NCBI GenBank assembly: GCA_002189035.1
Contig: NEEC01000002.1
Span: 5,952,001 to 6,016,000 of the forward strand
Direction of reading: 5' to 3'
Origin: Utricularia gibba
Lineage: Eukaryota > Plantae > Magnoliophyta
DNA: 64,000 bases
The notes under the pieces were generated by a model. That model was not told where the DNA came from. It saw only the letters and a list, made by a program, of their open reading frames with translations, and did no database searches. Within the stretch, counting starts at the first letter, position 1, and every line of letters begins with the position of its first letter. Positions 11,439 to 22,494 of the stretch are shown here, piece after piece. The translations under genes and the position numbers were made by a program.

Positions 11439-14424
11439 TCACAGAGCGTCTGGTGTTGGTGACTTGATCACTTGAAGGATCTCCACCACTTCCGCCATTG
11501 AAGGTCTGCTTGAAGGTATCTCACAAGTGCAAACAAGAGCAAGTTTGATTAGTGGAATCACTTCTTCTTCATTGTACTGCCCCATTGCCACATCCACACA
11601 ATCCAAAACCTTCCCCTGCTCCAGCAGTTCTCTCACATAATCTTCTGCATTCTGTTTCCCTGTCACCACCTCAAGCACAAGGATCCCGAATGCGTAGACG
11701 TCGCATTTCTCATTAACTCTTAGGTTCCGGCAAGCCAGCTCCGGTGCACTTCGGTATCCATTGCTTGCTATGTGGCTATCAAATCTGGTTAGAAGCCGTG
11801 GGAGGCCGAAGTCTGATATCTTTGGGTTTAGATTCTCATCAAGGAGTATGTTGCTAGCCTTTATGTTGTAGTGGATGATGGGCGGTTGAAAAGAATGATG
11901 CAAATATGCAAGACCCTTGGCTGTTTTGATCACGATTTCGAGCCTCTCCGGCCAACTGAGTGCCTGAGAGGATGATGAATCGTGCAGCTTTTCTTGTAGG
12001 TTTCCAGCTGCTGCGAATTCTGATACAAGAAGCTGAAGTTCTGGAGACCAGTAGTATCCTCTCAGAGGGTTCAAGTTCTCATGCTCAGCTTTTGCTAGAA
12101 ATCTTACTTCTCTGTCAAAAGCTTCTTGATCCTCAAGAGTCTGCCTGGTTCTTAGCTTCTTTATCGCTACCACTGTGCCTTCTCCTCCCAGATTAGCCTT
12201 GTACACTGTTCCGAAGATGCCTTCCCCAATTTGAGAGGATTTGTTCAACACTAACTCAAGAGTGTTGTTGTGAAGATCCAAGGTCATGTTTGAATCGAAA
12301 AACACAAGTTTCCCGGTAGATGATGTTGATTCCACAACTGAAAGCCGACTCCGAACTTTGATGTTTATCAGTGTTATGATCACAACTCCTATGGCGATCA
12401 TGGCTGCAGCTGATATAGCAACAATGGACGAAACCGAGAAGAAGCTCGGGTTCCTAGCATTGCCCAAGTGCTTGTTTTTACTCTCTGCTTCACTGCCATA
12501 GGCATATGGATCAAGAACCAGAGGCTTTGGCACGTTAAGGATGCAAGGCTCCTTGAGCAGTGGCGAACAGAGACCAAGGTTTCCCTCCAATGCACTGGCA
12601 TCTAATGTCTGGAAGATGCCGCCGTGAGGCAGCCGGCCGGAGAGTCGATTCTGTGAGAAGTTGGCAATCACGAGATTGCTTAAACTTCCCAGAAGTTGAG
12701 GGATTTCTCCCATGAGCTGGTTTGCTTCCAGCTTAAGAACCCTGAGATTGGTCAGCTGTGACAAGGATTCTGGTATGAAGCCAGATAGTTTGTTGTGTGA
12801 TAAGCTCCTGCAAACAAGAAAAACAAGACATTTTCAGCTGAATTTGTCCCTAACAACATAATGTGTCAAACTTATGCATCTTGAAAGCTCACAGCAGAAA
12901 GAGAGAAGAACAGTTGCCAATCTCATGAGGAATATGCCCTGTCAATGAGTTCCCATCAAGCTGAAGGATATTCAAGCGATCTGACTCGCATATATCGTGT
13001 GGAATTGGCCCGGTCAGGCTGCAGTTGCGGAGATCCAACACGGTGAGATTTGGGAAGTAGCCGAACTCAGGTGGCATGTTTGAGTTGAACTGGTTATAAG
13101 ACAAGTTCAAGTATGTCAACTTGCTCAAAAGCCCCATTTCTGCTGGTATTCTCCCACTGAGAGAGTTGGCAGACAAGTCCAGCACCTTGAGGCTGTCCAA
13201 CAGCTTGCTTGAAGCTGGAGGGATCGAACCAGACAACTTGTTTCTGGAAAGATCCAGTTCATCCAAACTCCGGCAGAAAACACTCTTCGGAATGTTCCCA
13301 TTGAAACCATTTCGACTCAGCCGGACAACTGATAAACTTGCTGATTCAGCGAGGGATCTGGGAATGGCTCCGGCCAACTTGTTGTTGGAAAAGGAGAGAA
13401 ACACAAGTGACTTGAGTGCGGCCATGGATGAAGGAAGAGTTCCAGTGAAGCCGTTATTGGAGAAATCAATGTACTCCAAAGAAGACATTTGAGCAATCCA
13501 TTTAGGGAAGTCTCCTGTGAGAAGATTGTTGGAGAGATTTAAGAACCTGAGTTCTTTCAGCATTTGTAGTGAGCCTGGAATCTCATCTGTCAACTGATTC
13601 TTGCTCAAATCTACTTGATTCATATGTTGGCACAGACCCAAATCTTCAGGCAATGAACCCGATAACTGATTGCTATGTAAATGGAGCTCTTTCAAGTTAC
13701 GCAGCACTGAAATCCCACCTGGGATTGAACCAGAGAGCATGTTGTTTGAAAGATCTAACGTTTCCAGGCTTGATAGCGTCCAAATTCCATGGGAAAAATC
13801 AGGGTCCCCTGAGAAACGATTGCTGGAGAGATTTAGATGATAAAGGGCAGAGCACCGACGGAGACTGCTCGGAATCAGCCCATCAAGGCGGTTTCCTGCG
13901 AAAGAAAGACGCCGGAGGGAAGAACAGTTGCCAAAAAAGTTGTCAGGCAACGACCCAGATAGCAAATTTCCGGAGAAATCAAGAAACTGGAGATTCGGAA
14001 GCGTGGAAATGGAGGAAGAAACCTTCCCAGAGAGATTATTGTCGCTGACATTAAGATTTTCGAGGTTCTGCAGAAGAAAAATCTCCGGGTTCACACCCCC
14101 GAAGAAGCTGTTTCCAGAGAGGGAAAGTTTCCTCAGAAACTGCAACTTTTCCAGTCCCCTGACCACGAGCTCCCCTGTCAGACCAAGGCCGTCGAGAGTA
14201 ACCGCCGTCACGCGGCGACTAACACTGTCGCATTCGATGTAACTCCATGAACAAGGAAATTCATCTTCTTGCTTCCATGATTCCAGGTAATTCCGTGGAT
14301 CAACAAGGCTGGATTTGAACACAACGAGGCCTAGAACCTCGTCATTGAGCTTCAGAGACGCTTCCATTTTCATTCCCGGCAAAAACGCGAGCCAGAAAAA
14401 AGAGAGAATGAAGAAAGGCCCCAT
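11439..14424 (-). CDS. LRR receptor-like kinase, At3g28040/IRK/PXC2-type (LRR-VII), probably catalytically inactive
   Basis: Signal peptide from MGPFF (ATG 14424), LRRNT, many plant LRRs, one intron 12892-12808 (GTGAGC...TGCAG), TM segment IVAISAAAMIAIGVVIITL, kinase with VAIKK, HYN in place of HRD, and DFG. Confidence 0.92.
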
Positions 14425-15028
14425 CTTTACTTCGCAGTGAAGAAGAAAAAGCACAGCAATGGACGTAGGAACTTGGTGAATGAGTGAAAACTGAAGTGGG
14501 AAGCTTGGTTTTGTGGCAGTGGACCGGGAAGTGACTGTTTCTTCACGAGAATGGAGTGAAATAGAAACAAAGGAATCCGGGGAAAACGCCATTATTTCTG
14601 ATCACTAAAGCTTCATTGCGTGAAGAAGACAGGGCAAGGCGCTATGAAGATTCATCTTGCCTGTAGGGGTACTCGTCGGATCACGAGAGCACAGTACTCA
14701 TTTTTCTACACATACTTCATGTAACACACAGAACCTTCTTCTCTATATGGTTGTGTTCTTGAGACGGTTTTCGATGCGAAAATACAAAAGATCATGAGAA
14801 AGAGCATCACCATTGAAGTTCAGGAAGTCCCATTCACAAGCAAATTCATTGTTCAGTTCATTATTTTGGATGATCAAAGTATACGTATGGAAGAATAATG
14901 AGCCACCAGATTGTACAACAAACAATCCACTCTCACTATAAGCAGCTAAGAGTGTGATCAAAAGGGATAAATGAGCAGAGGTGTGAGATGAATCCAATGC
15001 TTTCTGTGGATAAAGATACAGTTTTGAC

Positions 15029-16114
15029 TCACCGGGAGCAACACGAATAGGATGATCCATTGCTTGCCTTCGATTCAGCGGAGGCATCGTCCAAAAGGGA
15101 CACTCTGTTAACGGATAGTTCAGCTTTATAAGAATCGGAGTTCAACACCTTCCGGCTTACATTGTCGTAGATCTCACGGATCACGATTTCAAATGCTTTG
15201 TTCACATTGGTTGAGTCCAATGCAGAGGTTTCCATGAAGAACAGTTTCTCTGATTCAGCTAGCTCTTTCCCTTCCTCCACACTGACATCCCTGATGTTCT
15301 CCAGATCACACTTGTTTCCCACAAGCATCCTGGCCACAGTCGTGTCTGAGTGAGCTGCATCAAGCGCAGAGCATTCAAAAGCATGGTACAGAGGATATAG
15401 TAAGCATATCAAGCAATCAGCCACAGAATGAGTGAATGATCAATTCATTGATCCTGTTCTGGTTCACAGATCTTGAGCAATGGAATTGAGCTTGTCAAAA
15501 AGTTAAAATGGGAAGAGTCTTAATGCCCTAGCTCCCTGTTACAGATTGATTTTCAGGGAGAGCTCCGTTCAGTGTTGGGAGCCATCATCAAGATATACAA
15601 TGATCTGAACTACTGACCCCTAGAGCAGGTAAATCACATATTCTCTCTAAATCAGGCATGAAAGTAGGTAGCATCTAGCTGCAGGGAGAAACCTCGAAGG
15701 AAATTCAAGTGGGATGATCACAAGTTCCAAGCAATAGAGTATTCTACAGTTGTGCAACGCAAGGAAGGAGGACTTACTCTTAAGTTCGTCAAGCCACCGT
15801 GTGATACTCTCGAAGGTAGATCTTCTGCTTATGTCATAAACGACGAGTGCGCCAAACGCGCCGCGGTAGTAGGCGGATGTGACTGCGCGGAACCTTTCCT
15901 GGCCAGCGGTATCCCATATCTGAGCCTTGACTTCTTTGCCGTCAATATCGAGTGACTGAGTCTGAAATTCAACTCCGATTGTTGCCTTGGAATGCAAATT
16001 GAACTCATTTCTTGCGTAGCGTGACAGAAGGTTCGATTTTCCGACAGCAGAGTCTCCGATAATCACGATCTTGAACAGATACTCCTCACCTTCATCCTCG
16101 GACGAGGAACCCAT
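15029..16114 (-). CDS. RABA5: Rab GTPase RABA5 (Rab11 family)
   Basis: Exons 16114-15778 and 15354-15029; [20 protein letters not shown] and ETSA motifs; C-terminal CCSR prenylation signal; N-terminus [10 protein letters not shown] typical of RABA5. Confidence 0.93.
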
Positions 16115-16439
16115 CGGAGAGATTGAACAGGGGAAGAAGGATCTGGAGGAACTTGGACTAAAGTGGAGTAAATGTGATGATGGGAGCTTAAAAATTGAAG
16201 TTTTTTTGGACAGGGATAGCGTGAATAATGGCAAGGCGACGTCTCTCCTCTTTCCCCTTATTCATACCAGAGATATTTTTCTCTGGCATCTCTGTTATCC
16301 CTCGAGTAAACACAGACTATAAACAAATACACCGCATTCCACCGCCGTTACGCGGCGGACTCCGGCGACTGTTAAAATACTCGTTTTTAATCAGAAACCA
16401 AGGGAAGCCATTGATGGCAATTGGCCTTCACAGGATTTC

Positions 16440-16915
16440 AGTGGATCGACATACAATGTCTCATCAACATATAATTTCAGTGCACCGAGATCACTTTGTT
16501 CATCGAGAACTTCAACGGCGGCTTGGGCCACAGAATCCGAACACCTTTCCAAATGAATCGATAGAAAGTTTGGGATATCTCCAACCCAAGAAGGAATCTC
16601 AAATGAGCATCAACGTCGGAGCTTCAGCTTCTCCAGATTAGGAAGTCATCAACCTCTAGACTCCAAAATGCGATTCCACGCCCCACGAGCACCAACACTT
16701 TCAACTTCACTCCGGCAGAGCTCCCACAAAAGATCATGAATACCACATTCCTCCATTTGCCCAGTTAGAGATTGATGACTCTAAACAAAAAGCAAACTTC
16801 CATCGATCAAGTCATTCAATACCTCGTAAACAGCCTCTTCTATATGTTTTCCATGTAAATCCTTCAACTACCCACTCCGTCAGCATTTCATCTACATTGA
16901 CTCAAATGAATAATT
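16440..16915 (-). pseudogene. Collapsed remnant of an R1-like CC-NB-LRR resistance gene
   Basis: Broken frames read VNVDEMLTEWVVEGF (WxAEGF), EEAVYEVLNDLIDGSLLFV*, ECGIHDLLWELCRSE (MHD motif at 16741-16733), then directly WSLEVDDF/PNLEKLKLRR*CSFEIPSWVGDIPNFLSIHLERCSDSVAQAAVEVLDEQ, which resembles the R1-type C-terminus. Several stops and frameshifts. Confidence 0.75.
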
Positions 16916-17354
16916 ATATTTCAACAAGACAAATGGCCCCCTCAACCCTCTTCACATCCAAGGTTGGGATTTGGAGATCTAGAGAGATAAGGAGACTGAT
17001 AGAGGTGAATAGTATGAGAGAGGGTAGAGATTATAGGTGTAATCCATTCTAATCAATTGAAATCGTGGTTTGGGTTTCGGTTCAATTCCAAGACAAATGT
17101 TTTTTAAAAAGATTTATTAAACACTCATAATGATATTTAAGAATACTTAAAATCAAAATTTATAATACATTTATTGACATCCATAACGATTGTTGAGCAC
17201 CTAAACAATGCATCGTTCCTGGTTATCGATTTTCATATTAATAGACCATATTCTTCAACACCGGTGTGCAACGGCTCATCCAACACATTCTCTTCCACCT
17301 TCCGCCATGGCTGGGCTCCTCCATCGCCTCAGGGGCGTTAATCAGATCACATTC

Positions 17355-19131
17355 CTACTTCAGCCACGTTAATTGACTACGAGTTTTTCTCCTGCTCCTG
17401 GATCCGCATGAGCAGCCCTCCAGTTCTTCATTCAGTTTCTGCCACAACCCACAAGTTGCTTGTCAGATCAAACCCAATTCCCCTACAGTTTTTGTTCCCA
17501 AGAAAATGCTAATCACCTGCACTTGATCGCGGAGGCTCTTTATGTGCTGCACAGCTAAATCCAGCATCTCGGAGTAGCTTGTTTGCTGTAAAATGCACAT
17601 TTAAAAAGTAAAAAATTTGTTTAATTCCAACATGTATTCCATATAATCAAAATCTTTTTGAAATTTATAATTGATATTAAAAAAACAGAAAAGAAAAACC
17701 TTATTCAATTTGGGAATAAGGTCTTGCAAGCTCTTCATCTTTCCACAGATTTTTCTCCTCCTTTCCTGGGAACAAAGAAGCAACCCTATCTCATATTAAT
17801 TAATTATAAATAATATATTTATACATTTTTTTTAAAAAAACCTTTTTATTTATTTATACATGTAAATAAAACTGGGTTACCCTTTCTACTATGCTGCGGT
17901 GCTGAGTCGCGCAGCCAGGCTTAGCCCTCGCCCGGTATAGAACAGAATCAGCCTGAAACTGGTGCAAGTAGCCTAACCCCAGTGGCTCTGGTGGGGAACA
18001 AGACCTTAGCCTCTTTCTGGATTGAGAGCCGGGATGGGCTCCCGGACACGGCTCCGGTTCGGGACGCGGGGACACGGGTGGGTCGATGCCTTCTGTAGTA
18101 GAAAGTCGCAGGGGAACTACGAACGCAGTGAGTTTTGGAAATGAAGTATAAATGAATATTTGTAAAAATTCTTTTTTTTTTTCATGAAAGATAATGCCGT
18201 TCGAAATTCAGAAAAAAATTCTAAATATTATTTTAAATACATATGTATAAATTCAAAATCTGAAAAAATCATTTATAATAATTAACAGTGAAATATTATT
18301 TTATTCTTTTAATTAAATTTGACTTCTTTAACACTAAATTGATTTTTAAATAATTAGTTCAAATTGTTCTTATAACTGTTTTGCAAGATATTCTTATATT
18401 GAAAAACATGTATTATTATAACATATATATATATATATTTAAACAATTAAATTTTTTAGGAACATATCAATAAATTCAAAAATCTACACAACTTAAATAT
18501 CAATCAAAATTGTTTTATTTAGGAACATAGAAAAACCCAAACCAACTCTGGGTTTGGGTTTATTAAATTAAGTAATTAAATTTTTAATATTTAATTATTA
18601 TATAGTAAAATAAAAAATTTAGATTTTATAATTAATATAAAAAGTTATGAAATTTCTTAAATATTTTTTCATAAATTAAATAAAAAAATTAATTAAAAAT
18701 TATAATATTTATTTTTTATTTATTCTAAATATATATTTATATCATAAATTAAATTATAAAATAATTTAATATATTAAATTTATAATATAATTTTATGTTA
18801 TTTTATAATTTACATAACATTAAAATTAATTACATTCTACAAAATTTGAAACATAATTTTAAATTAGGTCGTAATTATCACAATAACAAACGAATTAACA
18901 TTATTATATTGAAAAATAAAACTAAATTTTTCTGAGAGATGATTCATTATGGGGGGATTTTTAGAGAATCGATCTAGGGTTTTAACGCAATTTAAACAAA
19001 GCATCAAAGTCAAAGAAAGCGTACAGGATACACGTACCGTTTATTTCAGACGCGGAGAAGGCGTACGATAGCGAGAGACCAATGGTATCGTCGGCTTCTT
19101 CACCGCCTGAGTGCTCTCTCCGGTCAACCAT
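17355..19131 (-). CDS. bHLH transcription factor of the bHLH128/129 (FBH/AKS) group, short form of about 174 aa
   Basis: Hand-spliced exons 19131-19038, 18092-17881, 17765-17700, 17585-17517 and 17438-17355, all GT-AG and phase-compatible: ...RARAKPGCATQHRSIVER|ERRRKICGKMKSLQDLIPKLNK|QTSYSEMLDLAVQHIKSLRDQVQ|KLNEELEGCSCG. TATATATA lies about 45 nt upstream of the ATG. Exon 1 is less certain than exons 2-5. Confidence 0.8.
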
Positions 19132-20321
19132 CGCGGCCTACTCGCACACTTCCGGCGGCGCCTGGAAGGATATATATAGGCGTGGGTAGGTGCCACAGGT
19201 ACACACACATTTATATTCACGCCTGAGGGGAAGGACAAGAGCGACGACGGGTTTGCGAAACTGGAGGTACGCATGTTTGAAAAGTCGAACACCACCAAAT
19301 CAATCACCGATCCCTCGCCCAGGTGTAAATGCAAACCCCTATTTTAATACATTCTTCTGAAAATTATTTGAATAGAGTTCAATTTTTAATTATACTTTTA
19401 AATATAATTTATTTTTTGAAGTGAATTGGATGTATCCGTAATGGTCATATATTTTTCTAATGAATTGAATTAGTTTTAATAAATTTATATTTATATTTTT
19501 AAATTATTTAAAAAATGAATATTATTTTTTAAACAAGTCGAATTTATTTTTCGATTGAACCGATTTGAATTAAATTGAATCCACTTTTGGATTAAATCTA
19601 TAATTGTCATATATATTTTTTTCATAATTTATTATCGATCACTAATTAAACCGAATGAATAATTCAACTTTCCAACATATATGATAACAAGTTATTTAGA
19701 AAAATGATTATTCATATAATATGTCTTACACTCAATGATCAATCACCACATTTCTAACATATCTTCAACTAACTCCAAAAAATTAAGTTATATTCTGTAA
19801 AATTTTTGAATTTTATTTTTATTTTTTATTAAAAATAATTTTATTTTACAACACTAACAATTGTAAAAATATTTTTATTAAAAAATACTTTTAAAATTAT
19901 ATTACAAAATTCATTTTTTTAAAAATAATAATTAATTTACTTTTACTTCTTATTTTTAATTTTTTAAAATAATTTTAAAAAACAAAAATATATTTCAAAA
20001 ATTTTTCAAAACACTTCTATATATTTTTTGTTATTGCATTTCTGTCTTGAGCATATAGAAATGTAGTAGAATGCGAACAACCTTCCCTTCGCCGGTGGTC
20101 GGATTGACGCCGCTGCCGCAAGTAGCAGCGGTGCACCCAGTCGCTATCGTTCTTGTTGGGTACGTGTAGGGGTGGCTGGCGGCGGCTTTCCGTCCATTTC
20201 CCCTACCAGGGACACGGAGGAACTTCAACTCCGACAAAGGGATGAAGTGGGTCTCCCAGCATGCGGCCATATTTAATTAAACAAAAGATAAAAGAGGAAG
20301 ATGTGTTGGCTAACCATTTGC

Positions 20322-20370
20322 ATATTCTAGACGCATGCATTTGGATATTCTAGACGCATGCATTTGGATA
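20322..20370. repeat. Perfect 23-bp tandem duplication in the OCT promoter
   Basis: ATATTCTAGACGCATGCATTTGG twice (20322-20344, 20345-20367); each unit contains GCATGCAT (RY-like CATGCA). Confidence 0.85.
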
Positions 20371-20430
20371 CCGATCCTTCTATATAGATCCGAAGGCTCT
20401 CAGCAAATCGCAGCTGCTTAGGATCTGGTG

Positions 20431-21987
20431 ATGCCGCGGCAGGCGGAGGAGTTCCGCTTCTCGTCCCTCGACGACGCTCTCGAACACTACATCGGAGCGG
20501 TGACATGGAGCCAGCTTCTGCAGGTTGCCATCGTATCACTCGCGTGGTTCTTCGATGCTCAGCAAACCTTCATGGGTATCTTCACCGATGCGCAACCCAA
20601 ATGGGTTTGTCGTGACTCCACCGCTGAATTCCCCTGCAACTCCTCGAGCTCCACGTGTGATCTCCCCCCGGATTCATTTTCTTGGCTGTCGCCGTCTCAG
20701 TCCTCCACGATCTCCACATGGTCGCTCCAGTGCTCGGACGCCATCATCACTGCGCTTCCATCGTCATCTTTCTTCGCCGGAGCTATAGCCGGAGGATTAT
20801 TATTCTCCGCGGTATCGGATACCTTACTTGGCCGGAAAAGAATGCTGGTCCTGAGCTGTTTGTTGCTGTCCGCCGCCGGAGCGATAAGCGCAGCTTCGAT
20901 AAACATATGGATGTATTCCTGTCTCCGATTCATCAGCGGTATCGGCCGCAATATGATCGGAAGTTGCATTCTGGTTCACTCAGCAGAGCTTGTTGGAAAG
21001 AAAATGAGGCCAAGAGTTGGGGTATTTGGATTTGTATCCTTCAGTCTGGGATTCCTCTCGCTTCCATTGATAGCATTTGTGCTGAGAGAGAGATCCTGGA
21101 GACATCTATACCTTTGCACTTGCATCCCCGGCATTCTCTACTGTTTGATTCTCCAACTGTTCGTCGACGAGTCTCCCAGATGGCTGTTTGTGAAGAACAG
21201 GAAGACAGAATTTGCAGAGACCCTGTTGAGAATTTCCTCCCGGGACAGAAGCAGAGCTTGTGTAGCTGATCTAAGGGATTCGATAAACTGGGAGCTTGTG
21301 GAATCGGAAGAAAGCACCAGTTTCTACTCGATCAGGATCTTGTTGCAGGAAAAGTCTGTTCGGAAGAGATTCCTGGTTATCTCCGCCGCCTGCTTCAGTG
21401 TCGGGTTGGCGTACTACGGTTTTCCCTTCTCGCTCGGAAGCCTGTCCCTTAATCTGTACATCGGAGTGGCTTTAAACGCACTGATGGAATTCCCGGGGTC
21501 TCTTTTCACGTACATCTTTGTCGGGAGACTCGACCGGAGAATCGCAATCTTCGGATTGTCGGGTGCGAGCGGCGTCTGCAGTGTGGCAACTGCGGTGGTG
21601 AAGAACGAGAGTCTACAGACGGGGCTTGAGATTGTGGCGTTTACAATCGCCGTGACGGTGGCCAATTTTATTATGATATACGCTTTGGAGCTGTTTCCCA
21701 CGTGTGTGAGAAACTCCGGGATGGCGGCGGCGAGGCTCGCCGTGAACCTCGGCGGTGCTGTGTTTCAGGTGGTGACGGCGGTGGGAAATGGGAATGCTTC
21801 GGTTTCGTTTGTTGTAACCGGAGTCGCTATTTCTTCTTGTGCGGCGCTCGTTTACTGGCTGCCGGAGACGAGGGGTAGACAATGGAACGACCTCATTGAG
21901 GAGGAGAAGCAGGAACGACAAGGCTACCAATGCGTTCAGACAACCATAGAGGACGATGAGGGTAATAACGGAATTATCAGACGCTAA
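20431..21987 (+). CDS. OCT: Organic cation/carnitine transporter (MFS, OCT2/OCT3-like), intronless
   Basis: 518-aa ORF from ATG 20431 with SLDDALEHYIGAVTWSQLLQ, STISTWSLQC, LGRKRML, ESPRWL and ELFPTCVRNS signatures; about 12 hydrophobic segments. Confidence 0.93.
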   Translation: MPRQAEEFRFSSLDDALEHYIGAVTWSQLLQVAIVSLAWFFDAQQTFMGIFTDAQPKWVCRDSTAEFPCNSSSSTCDLPPDSFSWLSPSQSSTISTWSLQCSDAIITALPSSSFFAGAIAGGLLFSAVSDTLLGRKRMLVLSCLLLSAAGAISAASINIWMYSCLRFISGIGRNMIGSCILVHSAELVGKKMRPRVGVFGFVSFSLGFLSLPLIAFVLRERSWRHLYLCTCIPGILYCLILQLFVDESPRWLFVKNRKTEFAETLLRISSRDRSRACVADLRDSINWELVESEESTSFYSIRILLQEKSVRKRFLVISAACFSVGLAYYGFPFSLGSLSLNLYIGVALNALMEFPGSLFTYIFVGRLDRRIAIFGLSGASGVCSVATAVVKNESLQTGLEIVAFTIAVTVANFIMIYALELFPTCVRNSGMAAARLAVNLGGAVFQVVTAVGNGNASVSFVVTGVAISSCAALVYWLPETRGRQWNDLIEEEKQERQGYQCVQTTIEDDEGNNGIIRR

Positions 21988-22185
21988 AATTTCGAATTGT
22001 ACTTGAACATGTTCTGAACGAACCCTAATCCCAATTTTGCTCACGGACCACTAAACCCACCGTTTCCTGATCAAACCCCATACGTAACTCTTCGTTCGCC
22101 GCCGCCGCTGTCTCCACGCTGCAAAACTCCGGTAACGGTGACTACAATTAAAGAACATCAAATTTTGAAAACACAAATTCGAAGT

Positions 22186-22325
22186 AAATGTAGGCGCATC
22201 TGAATGCATCGGCCAAATCAAATAGAAGGGGATGCCAGAATCTCAGCGCCAGAATTCCGATATCGGCAACGTTCAGCGCTGTGTGCACAATTAAATGTGC
22301 AACAGTGACTCTAATTTGTTGCCTT
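22186..22325 (-). ncRNA. Box H/ACA snoRNA; 3' hairpin predicted to guide the conserved 5.8S rRNA pseudouridine (U78, recalled Arabidopsis numbering)
   Basis: Hairpin 1 has GGCAAC/GTTGCC and TGCACA/TGTGCA stems. Hairpin 2 has GGCGC/GCGCC and GCATC/GATGC stems followed by ACA-TTT (22191-22186). Pocket strands GATTCTG and ATTCA complement 5.8S UGAAU-[U G]-CAGAAUC, 14 nt from ACA. The H box is non-canonical (ATATCG). Confidence 0.75.
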
Positions 22326-22353
22326 GAAACAAATAGATCGATTCAAAATCAAA

Positions 22354-22441
22354 GGCTCAGATACGAAGGATTTAGTCAAATCAACGAGCCGTAATGCAGG
22401 CTCTCATCGTTTGATGGTATAGTTTATGTAACTTCATCGCC
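22354..22441 (-). ncRNA. Box C/D snoRNA predicted to guide 18S rRNA Um123 (snoR116-like, name from memory)
   Basis: GGC-GATGA...CTGA-GCC terminal stem with C and D boxes. TACCATCAAAC (22419-22409) is antisense to 18S GUUUGAUGGUA and precedes an ATGA D' box; the +5 rule gives U123. Confidence 0.8.
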
Positions 22442-22494
22442 AAAAGCAAAAACAAATCAAATCATGAAAAAAAGAGTGATCGAATCGCGGACAC

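Noticed and set aside
14424-14592. 56-aa N-terminal extension of the LRR-RLK ORF (MAFSPDS...)
   Set aside because: The signal peptide begins at MGPFF; the extension looks like translated 5'UTR.
18533-18561. Perfect 11-bp hairpin AAACCCAAACC/GGTTTGGGTTT as a Helitron 3' end
   Set aside because: No convincing CTRR|T terminus or 5' TC partner; lies inside bHLH intron 1.
19041-19360. 97-aa minus ORF as an F-box-associated fragment, and plus-strand RPGVNANPY as a RALF remnant
   Set aside because: The block is better explained as bHLH exon 1 and its TATA promoter; the RALF cysteines, YISY motif and signal peptide are absent.
21613-22044. 143-aa minus ORF and other ORFs overlapping OCT
   Set aside because: GC-rich antisense frames of the OCT CDS.
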